Source: an uncultured Acidimicrobiia bacterium
GTDB lineage: Bacteria; Actinomycetota; Acidimicrobiia; IMCC26256; JAENVU01
Assembly: GCA_963752335.1 (NCBI GenBank)
Contig: CAVVXW010000003.1
Coordinates: 14,700-78,699, forward strand
DNA length: 64,000 bases
Reading direction: 5' to 3'
Below are positions 30,913 to 40,254 of this stretch, piece by piece; within the stretch, counting starts at the first letter, position 1, and the number at the start of each line of letters is the position of its first letter. The position numbers and the translations under genes are program-made. A model generated the notes under the pieces. It had not been told where the DNA came from, did no database searches, and saw only the letters and a program-made list of their open reading frames with translations.

Positions 30913-31791
30913 ATGGAGTGGGTACAGACGACGGGCCGGACCATCGAGGAAGCGCTCGACGCGGCCCTCGACGAGCTCGGGGTCCACGAGGACGACGTCG
31001 AGTACGAGGTCCTCGAAGAGGCGAAGACCGGATTCCTCGGACGCTTCGGTGGCAGTGAGGCACGGATCCGGGTCCGCCTCAGGCCGATCTCGCGGGAGAA
31101 GCCCAACGATCGACGGCGTGGTCGCAGCGGCAAGGGCGGAAACGGCAGGGGCGGAAACGGCAAGGGCAGCAGCGGGGGTCGCGGCGGCCGCGGCGCTGCC
31201 GGCCGCGGAGGCAACAGGAGTGGCGGCACCAAGGGTGGCCGCGAGGGAGGGGACGGCAACCGCCGTCCGAAATCGACCAGTGCTCCGAAGCAGGAGCGAA
31301 ACGAAGGGCCACCACCAGTGGACGAGAACAGCGTGTCGGTTGAGGAGCAGGCCGAGGCAGCGGAGGACTTCGTCGCGGGCCTCATCGGAGCGATCGGGCT
31401 CGAGGGCGAGGTGACCTCCACGACCGGGGATGACCTCGTCGAGGTCGAGGTCGAGGGATCGGAGCTGGGGCTCCTCGTCGGGCCGAAGGCGGCGACGCTC
31501 ACGGCGATCGAGGAGCTGACTCGAGCCGTGGTCCAACGGGAGGCGGGCGGCCACGCCGCGCGGATTCGGGTCGACGTGGCCGGCTACCGGGCCAAGCGTC
31601 GCGCCGCGCTGGAGGCGTTCACCCGCAAGGTGGTGGACGAGGTCCTGAGCTCGGGGGAGGAGCGGGCGATGGAGCCGATGGGCGCGATCGACCGCAAGAC
31701 CGTCCACGACACGGTCAACGAGGTCGACGGCGTCGAGACCTCCTCCGAGGGCGAGGATCCTCGACGCTACGTGGTGATCCGCCCCACGTGA
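30913..31791 (+). CDS. jag: Jag/KhpB-like RNA-binding protein (Jag_N, KH, R3H) with RGG-rich insert
   Basis: 292 aa. N-terminus MEWVQTTGRTIEEALDAALDELGV, C-terminal R3H-like IDRKTVHDTVNEVDGVETSSEGEDPRRYVVIRP. Conserved position after yidC. Confidence 0.88.
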   Translation: MEWVQTTGRTIEEALDAALDELGVHEDDVEYEVLEEAKTGFLGRFGGSEARIRVRLRPISREKPNDRRRGRSGKGGNGRGGNGKGSSGGRGGRGAAGRGGNRSGGTKGGREGGDGNRRPKSTSAPKQERNEGPPPVDENSVSVEEQAEAAEDFVAGLIGAIGLEGEVTSTTGDDLVEVEVEGSELGLLVGPKAATLTAIEELTRAVVQREAGGHAARIRVDVAGYRAKRRAALEAFTRKVVDEVLSSGEERAMEPMGAIDRKTVHDTVNEVDGVETSSEGEDPRRYVVIRPT

Positions 31792-32394
31792 TTCCGGACG
31801 CGCTGCGGACCGTCCTCGAGGACGCGCAGCGTGTGGGGTTGCTCGGCCCGGGCCCGGTCGAGGACCACGTCGGCCACGCCGAGGCCTGGGCCGAGGTGGT
31901 CGCGCCCGGCCGGTTTCTGGACTTGGGGAGCGGGGCGGGAATCCCCGGCCTCGTGCTCGCACTGGCGTGGCCCACGGTCTCGGGTGCGCTGCTCGACGGA
32001 CAGACCCGCCGGACCGCATGGCTTCGGACCGCCCTGGCTCGCCTCCAGCTCACCGACCGGATCTCGGTGGTCGAGGGTCGCGCGGCAGGATCTCGGTCAC
32101 GACGCCGCTCTCCGGGAGCGGTTCGACGTGGTCGTCGCCCGCGGGTTCGGACCCCCTCCCGTCACTGCCGAATGCGGCGCGGCCTTCACCGCGGTCGGGG
32201 GGGTTCTGTCCGTGAGCGAACCGCCGGAGCCCCCGGACCGATGGCCGGCCGAGGCGCTCGCACGGGTTGGACTGGGAATCCCACGCCAAGTCGTGCACGG
32301 GGGCGCGTCGTTCGTTATCCTCCCCAAGGACTCGGCGCTCGCTGGAGACTTTCCGCGTCGCCGGAACGTTCCCGTTCGGAATCCGCTCTGGTAG
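31788..32394 (+). pseudogene. rsmG: 16S rRNA (guanine527-N7)-methyltransferase RsmG, frame-disrupted
   Basis: N-terminal half (..FLDLGSGAGIPGLVLALAWP..ISVVEGRA) lies in the frame of 31788. C-terminal half (DLGHDAALRERFDVVVARGFGPPPVTAECGAAF..GGVLSVSE) lies in ORF 31831..32394. Frame change near 32082-32090. Confidence 0.85.
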
Positions 32395-32404
32395 CCGCAC
32401 CTCA

Positions 32405-32420
32405 CGTTTCACGTGAAACA
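32405..32420. promoter_or_regulatory. parS: parS site (CGTTTCACGTGAAACA)
   Basis: 15/16 match to consensus TGTTTCACGTGAAACA, upstream of parA. Confidence 0.85.
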
Positions 32421-32440
32421 TTCACCGGGCTGCCCCAGAG

Positions 32441-32456
32441 CGTTTCACGTGAAACG
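32441..32456. promoter_or_regulatory. parS: parS site (CGTTTCACGTGAAACG)
   Basis: Perfect palindromic 14-nt core GTTTCACGTGAAAC, 36 nt from the first copy. Confidence 0.85.
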
Positions 32457-32486
32457 TCGCTCGGCGTACTCGAGCAGGAGGGGCGA

Positions 32487-33776
32487 ATGGATCCCGTCCA
32501 CCCCAAACGTCGCACCCGGCGGCTGTTCGGCTCGCGACGGCGGTCCGAGCCCGCTTCGGAGGAAGAGATGGAAGAGCACGCGGCCGAGGTGGCCGAGATC
32601 GCGGACGGGTCTGCACCCGAGGATCTCGACCCCCCCACGGGTGGGACGGTCGAACCGGCGAGCACCGACGACCGGACCAGACGATCGACCGGCCAGAGCT
32701 CGGAGCCGGGTACCGAGCCCCGGCCGGCAGGGGCGCCCGTGACGAGCGCGACGTCCGCGCCCGATCCGGATCGTTCCCCCGCCGAACCCCGGCCCGCCTC
32801 CAGCGAGAAGGCTCCCCCGGACTCGGATCCAGCCCCGGCTCCGCTCGAGGGAGTGGTCACACCGACCGTCGAGGGGGGCCACGTCGACGTGACGTCGCCG
32901 CCGGATCCGTCGGCGACCGTGGCCGGGGCATCACCCGGCGACGACGCGGAACCGGGACCGGAGGACGCGAACGAGACCGACGCCGTCGTCCCGTACGACC
33001 TGCCCCGGATCCTGGCAATCGCGAACCAGAAGGGCGGCGTCGGAAAGACGACGACCTCGGTCAACCTCGGTGCCTCCCTGGCCGAGATGGGGTACCGGGT
33101 CCTGGTCGTCGACCTCGACCCCCAGGGGAACGCGAGCACGGGTCTCGGGGTCAACGCCCGGGAGCTCGAGGGCTCGGTCTACGACGTGATCATGAGCGAC
33201 GCGGCCGTCGAGGACTGTGTGGAGCCGACGTCGTTGAAGAACCTCTTCGTCGTGCCTGCAACCATCGACCTCGCCGGTGCTGAGATCGAGCTGGTCCCGG
33301 CCTTCAGCCGCGAGCTCAAGCTGCGCAGAGCCCTCCACGAGGTGCGCGGGGACTACGACTTCATCGTCATCGACTGTCCACCGTCGCTCGGGCTCCTGAC
33401 CGTGAACGGCCTGGCCGCGGCTGACGACGTCGTCGTGCCCATCCAGTGCGAGTACTACGCGCTCGAAGGGCTGAGCCAGCTCATCCGGAACGTCACCCTG
33501 GTGCAGAAGAACCTCAATCCCTCGCTCGAGGTCCGTGGGATCGTGCTCACGATGTACGACGCCCGGACCAAGCTCGCCGATCAGGTCGAGCAGGAGGTCC
33601 GCAAACACTTCGGCCGCACGGTGTATCAAACGGTGATCCCACGCACGGTGCGCCTGTCCGAGGCACCGTCGTTCGGACAACCGATCATCCTGTTCGATCC
33701 CACCTCCCGCGGCGCCGTGGCGTACCGGGAGCTGGCGAAGGAGGTGAGCAGTGGCGCGACGCGGCGGACTGGGTAA
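32487..33776 (+). CDS. parA: Chromosome partitioning ATPase ParA/Soj with long disordered N-terminal extension
   Basis: ATG 32487 preceded by GCAGGAGGGG, in the frame of ORF 31788..33776. Deviant Walker A NQKGGVGKTTT at about residue 180. The start could be an internal GTG. Confidence 0.9.
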   Translation: MDPVHPKRRTRRLFGSRRRSEPASEEEMEEHAAEVAEIADGSAPEDLDPPTGGTVEPASTDDRTRRSTGQSSEPGTEPRPAGAPVTSATSAPDPDRSPAEPRPASSEKAPPDSDPAPAPLEGVVTPTVEGGHVDVTSPPDPSATVAGASPGDDAEPGPEDANETDAVVPYDLPRILAIANQKGGVGKTTTSVNLGASLAEMGYRVLVVDLDPQGNASTGLGVNARELEGSVYDVIMSDAAVEDCVEPTSLKNLFVVPATIDLAGAEIELVPAFSRELKLRRALHEVRGDYDFIVIDCPPSLGLLTVNGLAAADDVVVPIQCEYYALEGLSQLIRNVTLVQKNLNPSLEVRGIVLTMYDARTKLADQVEQEVRKHFGRTVYQTVIPRTVRLSEAPSFGQPIILFDPTSRGAVAYRELAKEVSSGATRRTG

Positions 33777-34611
33777 GGGCCTGGGGGCACTGATCCCGAG
33801 CGGCCCGGGCATGGAGGCCGAAGGCGGGTTGCGAGAGATCGAGGTCGCCTCGATCCGACCCAACCAGTATCAACCGCGCGAGCGGTTCGACGAGGAGCTG
33901 CTGAACGAGCTGACCGAGTCGGTCCGTGAGGTCGGCATTCTCCAACCGGTGCTCGTCCGACCCATCGGCGACGAGTTCGAGCTGATCGCCGGCGAGCGTC
34001 GATGGCACGCCGCGCGCCGACTCGGGCTGAATCGGATCCCGGCCCTCGTCCGTGAGAGCGACGACGCGGCCGCGCTCGAGCAGGCGCTGGTCGAGAACGT
34101 TCACCGTTCGGACCTCAACGCGCTCGAGGAGGCGGGGGCCTACCAGCAGCTCATCGAGGACTTCTCGCTGACCCACGAAGCGGTGGCCAGCCGGGTGGGG
34201 AAGAGCCGCACCGCGGTCACCAACACCCTCCGACTGCTCCAGCTGCCGCCCGCCGTGCAGAAGCTGGTGCGTGACGACGCGCTGTCGATGGGCCACGCCC
34301 GCGCCCTGCTCGGCACCCCGGACCGTGCGCTCCAGGAGCGCCTGGCCGCCACCGCGGTGAAGGAGGGTTGGTCGGTCCGCGCCATCGAGCAGGCGGTCAA
34401 GGGCACCGGCACGGCGAAGACCGCGCCGGTCGACGCGACTCGGGCGACCAGCCCTCTCCGACCCCCGGGCCTCACCGAGCTCGAAGGCCTCCTCGGCGAT
34501 CACCTCGACACGCGGGTCTCGATCGGCATGGGCCCCAAGCGCGGCAAGGTGACGATCGACTTCTCGGACCTCGCGGACCTCGAGCGGATCTACAAGACCA
34601 TCGTCGGCTGA
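33751..34611 (+). CDS. parB: Chromosome partitioning protein ParB/Spo0J
   Basis: 286 aa. GLGKGLGALIP, ParB box GILQPVLVRP..ELIAGERRWHAARRLG, HTH SLTHEAVASRVGKSRTAVTNTLRLL. Confidence 0.96.
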   Translation: MARRGGLGKGLGALIPSGPGMEAEGGLREIEVASIRPNQYQPRERFDEELLNELTESVREVGILQPVLVRPIGDEFELIAGERRWHAARRLGLNRIPALVRESDDAAALEQALVENVHRSDLNALEEAGAYQQLIEDFSLTHEAVASRVGKSRTAVTNTLRLLQLPPAVQKLVRDDALSMGHARALLGTPDRALQERLAATAVKEGWSVRAIEQAVKGTGTAKTAPVDATRATSPLRPPGLTELEGLLGDHLDTRVSIGMGPKRGKVTIDFSDLADLERIYKTIVG

Positions 34612-34613
34612 TC

Positions 34614-35639
34614 TCAGGCCTCGCCCGCATCACCCGTCCGGGGCTCCTCGAACGCCCGGCGGATCCCGCGACCGATCCCCGTACCGATCTCGCCGGCGTG
34701 GGCGAGCAACTCAGCGAGGTGTGCGGGGTCGTCGTCGCCGAGCGCGACCACGACCGCAGCCATCCGGGTCTCGCGCAGGATCCGATAGGCCCGACCGGCC
34801 ACGGGCTCGGTCGCGGCCGCGGGCGCGCTCCTCGCCAGCTCGTCACCGATCAACGTGGCGGTGTGGCAACCACGCTCGGAGCGGAACTCCCCCGACTCGA
34901 AGTACAGGAGCTGCCAGCCGCGCTGCTCACCGGACCGGAGCGCCACGATGAGATCCGCTCCCCATCGGTTCGCACGTTCGGCCAGCGCGTCGTCGGCGGC
35001 GCCGGAGAGGTCCTGCATGACCTCGGCCTGGCCCTGCTCGAGTCGCTGACGCAACGGGGCCCCGATCTGGTCGAAGCCCGGCGCGACGGCGACGTACACG
35101 CGCCGTCCGGTGAGCGACCCCGGGCGGCGCAGCTCGTCGCGTTCGCGGACCTGGGCGACCGAGCCGTCCGCCATCCGCTCGACCCGCCGGAGCGCGTCCA
35201 GCGTGGCGGGCCCGGCGACGCCGTCGACGCTGAGACCGGCATTGCGCTGGTAGTCGCGGAGTGCCCCGGCCGTGTCCGGTCCGAGGATCCCGTCCTCGCG
35301 ACCCGCGTCGAACCCGAGGCGGTTGAGGGTTCGCTGGAGGGCCGAGACGTCGTCGCCGCGGAGGTTCGGGGAGCGCAGGTACAGCAGCCGGTCACCGAGC
35401 TCGAATCCGCTCTCGACGAGGGTGCCCCAGGTCTCGGGGCCGACGACCCCGTCGACACGGATCGATCGGCGCGTCTGGAAGTCGCGGACCGCGTCCTCGG
35501 TCTGCGCTCCGAAGCGCGCGAACTCCTCGGGTCCGATCATGAGTCCGGCGCCGACGAGCCGGTGCTGGAGGTCCCGCACCGCGTCGCCGTGATCGCCGCG
35601 ACGCAGGACCACGGCGGGACCCGCCCCACCGCGACTCAC
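34614..35639 (-). CDS. cwlM: CwlM-like protein: two peptidoglycan-binding domains plus amidase_3-type domain
   Basis: C-terminal 341 codons of ORF 34614..36542 from GTG 35639. Two PG_binding_1 repeats (GD.V..LQ..L..LG...DG..GP.T..A.R.FQ). Position after trxA matches the Rv3915 synteny. Confidence 0.8.
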   Translation of the reverse strand: MSRGGAGPAVVLRRGDHGDAVRDLQHRLVGAGLMIGPEEFARFGAQTEDAVRDFQTRRSIRVDGVVGPETWGTLVESGFELGDRLLYLRSPNLRGDDVSALQRTLNRLGFDAGREDGILGPDTAGALRDYQRNAGLSVDGVAGPATLDALRRVERMADGSVAQVRERDELRRPGSLTGRRVYVAVAPGFDQIGAPLRQRLEQGQAEVMQDLSGAADDALAERANRWGADLIVALRSGEQRGWQLLYFESGEFRSERGCHTATLIGDELARSAPAAATEPVAGRAYRILRETRMAAVVVALGDDDPAHLAELLAHAGEIGTGIGRGIRRAFEEPRTGDAGEA

Positions 35640-35647
35640 CGTGGCGC

Positions 35648-35977
35648 TCAGCCGATGAACTCGGACAGGTCCTGGAGGAGCTGTCCCTTGCCCTTCGCGC
35701 CCACGAGGCGCTTGACCGGCTCGCCGCCCTTGAAGACGAGCAGCGTCGGGATGCTCATCACGTCGAAGCGTCGGGCGACGTCGGGGTTGTCGTCGACGTT
35801 GAGCTTGGCCACGGTCAGCCGCCCACTCTGTTCGCTGGCAATTTCTTCCAGTGCTGGCGCGATCATCTTGCAGGGGCCGCACCACTCGGCCCAGAAGTCG
35901 ACCACGATCGGGAGCTCGGAGCCGCCGACGCTCTCGTCGAAGGTCGCGTCGGAGAGCGTGAGCACGTTGTCGGCCAT
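35648..35977 (-). CDS. trxA: Thioredoxin
   Basis: 109 aa with active site WAEWCGPCK. Confidence 0.96.
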   Translation of the reverse strand: MADNVLTLSDATFDESVGGSELPIVVDFWAEWCGPCKMIAPALEEIASEQSGRLTVAKLNVDDNPDVARRFDVMSIPTLLVFKGGEPVKRLVGAKGKGQLLQDLSEFIG

Positions 35978-36066
35978 GGTCGACGTCCTTTCGGGGGATG
36001 GGGTGACTGGATCCTAGGTGTGAGGGCCAACCGGCCCCGGGAAACGCGCATTCCCCAGCGGTCGCC

Positions 36067-36996
36067 TCAGGAATGGGCAGCCGCGAGGTAGCGCTCGGTC
36101 TCGATCGCGGCCATGCAGCCGCTCCCGGCAGCGGTGATCGCCTGCCGGTACGCGTGGTCCTGCACGTCGCCGCAGGCGAACACGCCACCGACCGACGTGC
36201 GGGTCGAGTCGGGCGCGGTGACGATGTAGCCGTTCTCGTCGAGGGTGAGCGAGTCGCCGAACAGCGCGGTGTTGGGGTCGTGCCCGATCGCGACGAACAT
36301 GCCCGTGGCTGCGAGCTCCGACTCCTGTCCGGTGACCGTGTCGCGCAAGCGCACGGCCGTGAGCTTGGCGTCGCCGAGCGCGTCCACGACCTCGGTGTTC
36401 CATCGGAACTCGATCTTGTCGTTCGCGAACGCGCGGTCCTGCATGATCTTGGACGCGCGGAGCTCGTGGCGGCGGTGGACGAGAGTGACCTTGCTGGCGA
36501 ACTTGGTGAGGAAGGTCGCCTCCTCGACCGCGCTGTCGCCACCCCCGACCACCACGATCTCCTGGTCCCGGAAGAAGAAGCCGTCGCAGGTCGCGCAGGT
36601 GGAGACGCCGTGGCCCAGCAGCCTCCCCTCGTTCTCGAGACCGAGCATGCGCGCCGTGGCGCCGGTCGAGACGATGACCGCGTCGGCGCTGAGCTCGAGC
36701 TCGCCGACGCTCACCCCGAAGGGATGGGCGGCGAGCTGCACGCGGTCGGCATCCGCGGTGATGAAACGCGCGCCGAAGCGCTCGGCCTGCTCCCGGAAGC
36801 GGGTCATCAGCTCCGGACCCATGACGCCGTCCGGAAAGCCGGGGTAGTTCTCGACCTCGGTCGTGAGCATGAGCTGACCGCCCGCGGCCAGGCCCTCGAC
36901 GACGACGGGTTCGAGGTCCGCTCGCGCGGTGTACAGCGCCGCGGTCAGGCCCGCCGGGCCAGACCCGACGATGACGACCTCATGATGTTCAGGCAC
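36067..36996 (-). CDS. trxB: Thioredoxin-disulfide reductase
   Basis: 309 aa. [12 protein letters not shown], redox CATCDG, second dinucleotide fold [12 protein letters not shown]. Confidence 0.96.
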   Translation of the reverse strand: MPEHHEVVIVGSGPAGLTAALYTARADLEPVVVEGLAAGGQLMLTTEVENYPGFPDGVMGPELMTRFREQAERFGARFITADADRVQLAAHPFGVSVGELELSADAVIVSTGATARMLGLENEGRLLGHGVSTCATCDGFFFRDQEIVVVGGGDSAVEEATFLTKFASKVTLVHRRHELRASKIMQDRAFANDKIEFRWNTEVVDALGDAKLTAVRLRDTVTGQESELAATGMFVAIGHDPNTALFGDSLTLDENGYIVTAPDSTRTSVGGVFACGDVQDHAYRQAITAAGSGCMAAIETERYLAAAHS

Positions 36997-37270
36997 GGGT
37001 ACCTCCGGCGCGGCGGGTCCAGCAGAACACCCCGCCGGCGACGAAGATTCCTCCGAGGATCATCCACGCCGCCCACACCGGCACCGCGAGCGTGAGCACC
37101 CGGAAGAGCGCCACCGCGGCCAGGAGCAGCGCGGTGAGGACGCAGCACGCGGCGAGAGCCCCGTACACGACCGCGTTCGTGGCGCGCCGGGCGGGTTCGA
37201 CGGTGCGGTCGCGCACCGTCCCCACGGCGTTCTCGATCGTGTCCGCGGCTTGGGTCGTCCAATCGCTCAT
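36989..37270 (-). CDS. Small two-TM membrane protein, unknown function
   Basis: 93-aa ORF overlapping the trxB start by 8 nt. Two hydrophobic helices. Confidence 0.55.
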   Translation of the reverse strand: MSDWTTQAADTIENAVGTVRDRTVEPARRATNAVVYGALAACCVLTALLLAAVALFRVLTLAVPVWAAWMILGGIFVAGGVFCWTRRAGGTRA

Positions 37271-37328
37271 CGTGTCCCTCCCACTCGGCGGCGGAGGTTA
37301 CCCGCACCGGCCCCGCGATCACGATGGG

Positions 37329-38096
37329 TCAACCGGTCGACGACGCCGAGTAGAGGACCGTCGTGCAGTCGGAGGCGGCGACGACGAAGACGATCGTGCG
37401 GTCGCCGTTGGCGATCCCGACGATGACCGCGGGCGTACCGCCGAAGCTGCCGGCCGCCGTGAACCGCACGGTGCCGGACGCCTCGTAGTGGCTCCGGCAG
37501 GACGCGACCTGCTTCGCGGTGGTGGCCGGGCCCGTCGCGTCACGGTTGTCCGCGCTGTCCAGCGCGGAGGAGGGTCGCACGTCCGGAGCCAGAGACGTTT
37601 GCGTCTTGTCTCCGGCGTCCAGGCCGCGGATCAGGCGGTCGACCTTCGACTGGTCGAGCGCGCCCAGGTTCCCGAGATCGCCCTTGGGAATGCGCCCGGC
37701 CGTGGCCGCGGACCGGCTGCTCTTCGCGGCGTTGTCGTCGCCGGACCGGGTGGCGAGGAAGATCCCACCGCCCACCAGGAGCACCACGGCGGCGGCGGCC
37801 GCCGCCAGACGCGTCGGCCAGCGCGCTGCGCCCCGTCCGGGCGCGGCGGAGCCGGCACCGGCCGCGGCGGCGGTGAGGACCCGCCGCCGGGCGAGGTCGT
37901 CCAGGGGTTCGGGCGGACGCTGCAGCGCGGCCCGGGCCGCGGCGATCCGTTCGCGGCGTTCGCGAGCCTCGGGCGTCGTCAGGAGCCGTCGAACGGTGGC
38001 CTCGTCGAGGCCGGCTTCGGTCGCGAAGCCGGCCAGATCGCCGTCGAGATCCGCGCTGACCGCGGCGTCGAGATCGAGATCGGGGTGCTCAGACAT
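37329..38096 (-). CDS. Putative anti-sigma factor (single-TM, Rv3912-like position)
   Basis: ATG 38096 overlaps the sigma-factor stop by 8 nt. Cytoplasmic acidic N-terminus, TM helix AAAAAAVVLLVGGGIFLA, extracellular C-terminal domain. Confidence 0.6.
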   Translation of the reverse strand: MSEHPDLDLDAAVSADLDGDLAGFATEAGLDEATVRRLLTTPEARERRERIAAARAALQRPPEPLDDLARRRVLTAAAAGAGSAAPGRGAARWPTRLAAAAAAVVLLVGGGIFLATRSGDDNAAKSSRSAATAGRIPKGDLGNLGALDQSKVDRLIRGLDAGDKTQTSLAPDVRPSSALDSADNRDATGPATTAKQVASCRSHYEASGTVRFTAAGSFGGTPAVIVGIANGDRTIVFVVAASDCTTVLYSASSTG

Positions 38097-38679
38097 GTTC
38101 GGGGCCTTGGACGTCGGTGACGGGAGTGCGGTTCCCGAGCATCTTCGCGAGCGCGGCGCGCCCACGCGCGATGCGTGACCGGACCGTGCCGATCGGGATC
38201 GAGAGGGTCGCGGCGATCTCGGCGTAGTCGAGATCGGCGACGTCCCGGAGGACCACCGCGACGCGGAACTCCTCGGGAAGGCCGGCGAGGGCCTCGTCCA
38301 GCGCGACGCGGTCCACCGCGCGCTCGGGATCGCCCGCCGCGCCGGCGACGGGTGTGGCTCCGGGCAGGAGGTCGTTCGCGTCCACGGGCGCCGGCCTCCG
38401 TTGCCGGCGGCGCAGCTCGTCGAGGGCGGCGTTCGTCGCAACGCGGTGGAGCCACGTGGTGAACGCGGCGCGACCGTCGAACCGGTCGACCGAGCGGGCG
38501 ATCGCGATCAACGCGTTCTGGGTCGCGTCGAGCGCGTCGTCCGGACCGCAGACGCGGTGGCACACGGCGTGGACGCGGTCGATGTGGCGCTCGAGCAGGG
38601 CATCGAGTGCGCGTTGATCACCGTTCTTCGCCTCGCGGCAGAGCGCGAGATCATCGCGGTCGTCAGCGCGGGACGCCAC
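38089..38679 (-). CDS. ECF (group 4) RNA polymerase sigma factor, SigM-like position
   Basis: GTG 38679 within ORF 38089..38901. Region 2 ALDATQNALIAIARSVDRFDGRAAFTTWLHRVATNAALDELRR. Region 4 VVLRDVADLDYAEIAATLSIPIGTVRSRIARGR. Confidence 0.88.
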   Translation of the reverse strand: MASRADDRDDLALCREAKNGDQRALDALLERHIDRVHAVCHRVCGPDDALDATQNALIAIARSVDRFDGRAAFTTWLHRVATNAALDELRRRQRRPAPVDANDLLPGATPVAGAAGDPERAVDRVALDEALAGLPEEFRVAVVLRDVADLDYAEIAATLSIPIGTVRSRIARGRAALAKMLGNRTPVTDVQGPEHV

Positions 38680-40201
38680 GGACCGAGACCTCCGCGATCC
38701 GCCCGATGAAGCGGGGCTGACCGTCGCCGCCGGGTGTCGCGTTCTGCGGCAGCTTGGTGAGCCAGACGAGGACGAACGCACCGGTCGGGCGACCGTCGAG
38801 CGCGATGGTGGCCGAGCGGGCGAGATCCGTGCCGATGCCTGCCGCCTTTCCCCATCCGGCGAGGGTGGGCGCGGCCGTGTCCGCCACGTAGATCTGCACA
38901 TCCGAACCCGTGTCCGGGCTCACGATCTGCACGGCGCGGACCTCCGCCGGGCCGGCGAGCGTCAGGATCAGCCCGACGCCGGGCTTACCGCCGACGTCGG
39001 GCTGCTTGTAGCTCTCGGTGTCCCAGAACGTGGCCTTGTCGCCGTCGACCGCCAGTCCGGCGACGTCGTCGTGTTCACCGTCGCCGCCGACGGGGTCGAA
39101 GGCCGCCGCGTGGGTGACACCGATGCGCTGGGTCGCGTTGGCCGCCGGCGGAGAGGAGGAGCCTCCGGTGCCCGAATCGGTCGCCAGGACGTAGCCGGCG
39201 TAGCCACCCCCGAAGCCGAGCGCGAGCGCAAGGACCCACACCGCGATCCGCGACCCGACCCCCATGCCGTCGTCGATGATGATCGGTGAGGCGGTCGTCG
39301 GTGCCGGCGTCCGGGGTCGGACCGGCACCGCGACGGGCATGGTGGCGTCCGCGGTGCGGTCGGGTGCCGCGATGCGGAACGGGGCGAGCGCGTCGCGCAT
39401 CGCCGCGGCGTTCGGCCAGCGGTCGTCGGGGTTGCGCTCGAGCGCGCGGTCGATCACGTGGGCCAAGCCCGGCGCGAGGTCGGGGCGGCTCGATTGCACG
39501 CGCGGGGTCGGTGCGGTGAGTCGCGCCACCGCGGTCGCGAGCTCGGTGTCGGCTCCGAACGGCGAACGCCCGACCACCATCTCGTACATCACGAGCCCGA
39601 GCGAGTACACGTCGGCGCGCTCGTCGACGAGCTGACCCTCGAGCTGCTCCGGGGCGAGGTAGCGCGCGGTGCCCATCACGTTGCCCGCGCGCGTCAGCTC
39701 GTCGTTGGTCTGGTCGGCTGCCTTCGCGATCCCGAAATCGGTGACCTTCACCCGTCCGTCGAGTTGGACGAGCACGTTGCTGGGCTTGACGTCGCGGTGC
39801 ACGAGCCCGCGGGCGTGCGCGGCGGAGAGGGCGTCGGCGACCTGCGCCCCGATGTCGGCGGCGCGCGCCGACGGGAGGGCGCCGTGGAGGTCGATGGCCT
39901 GGCGCAGCGTGGCGCCCTCGACCAGCTCCATCACGATGTACGCGATTCCGTCGTCCTCGCCTGTGTCGTAGGTGGCGACGATGTTCGGGTGGGCGACCGC
40001 GGCCGCGGCGACCGCTTCCCGGCGGAAGCGCACCCGCACCGCCTCGTCCTCGGCGAGCGTGGGGTCCAGGGTCTTGATCGCGACCGGCCGGGCGAGGAGC
40101 GGGTCCTCGCCGCGCCAGACCGTGGCCATGCCACCGCGGGCGATCTCGTGATCGATCCGGTAGCGACCGCCGAGAACGCGCCCGGGCGCCAGAGATCGCA
40201 C
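38663..40201 (-). CDS. Ser/Thr protein kinase with single TM and extracellular discoidin/carbohydrate-binding-like domain
   Basis: 512 aa. GGMATVWRG, VAIK, HRDVKPSNVLV, DFG and APE are all intact. TM helix IAVWVLALALGFGGGYAGYVLA. About 170-aa ectodomain (..LAVDGDKATFWDTESY..GVGLILTL..). Confidence 0.9.
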   Translation of the reverse strand: MRSLAPGRVLGGRYRIDHEIARGGMATVWRGEDPLLARPVAIKTLDPTLAEDEAVRVRFRREAVAAAAVAHPNIVATYDTGEDDGIAYIVMELVEGATLRQAIDLHGALPSARAADIGAQVADALSAAHARGLVHRDVKPSNVLVQLDGRVKVTDFGIAKAADQTNDELTRAGNVMGTARYLAPEQLEGQLVDERADVYSLGLVMYEMVVGRSPFGADTELATAVARLTAPTPRVQSSRPDLAPGLAHVIDRALERNPDDRWPNAAAMRDALAPFRIAAPDRTADATMPVAVPVRPRTPAPTTASPIIIDDGMGVGSRIAVWVLALALGFGGGYAGYVLATDSGTGGSSSPPAANATQRIGVTHAAAFDPVGGDGEHDDVAGLAVDGDKATFWDTESYKQPDVGGKPGVGLILTLAGPAEVRAVQIVSPDTGSDVQIYVADTAAPTLAGWGKAAGIGTDLARSATIALDGRPTGAFVLVWLTKLPQNATPGGDGQPRFIGRIAEVSVRGVPR

Positions 40202-40254
40202 GTCACGAACCTAGTGGTCCGCGCGGCCCGAATCGCGGCGTTGGTGGCGACGCG

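Noticed and set aside
36989-37270. A holin or prophage remnant next to the CwlM-like amidase-domain gene.
   Set aside because: This is a single small membrane ORF embedded in a conserved housekeeping operon. No other phage genes are present, and CwlM-type proteins are regulatory rather than lytic in the systems I know.
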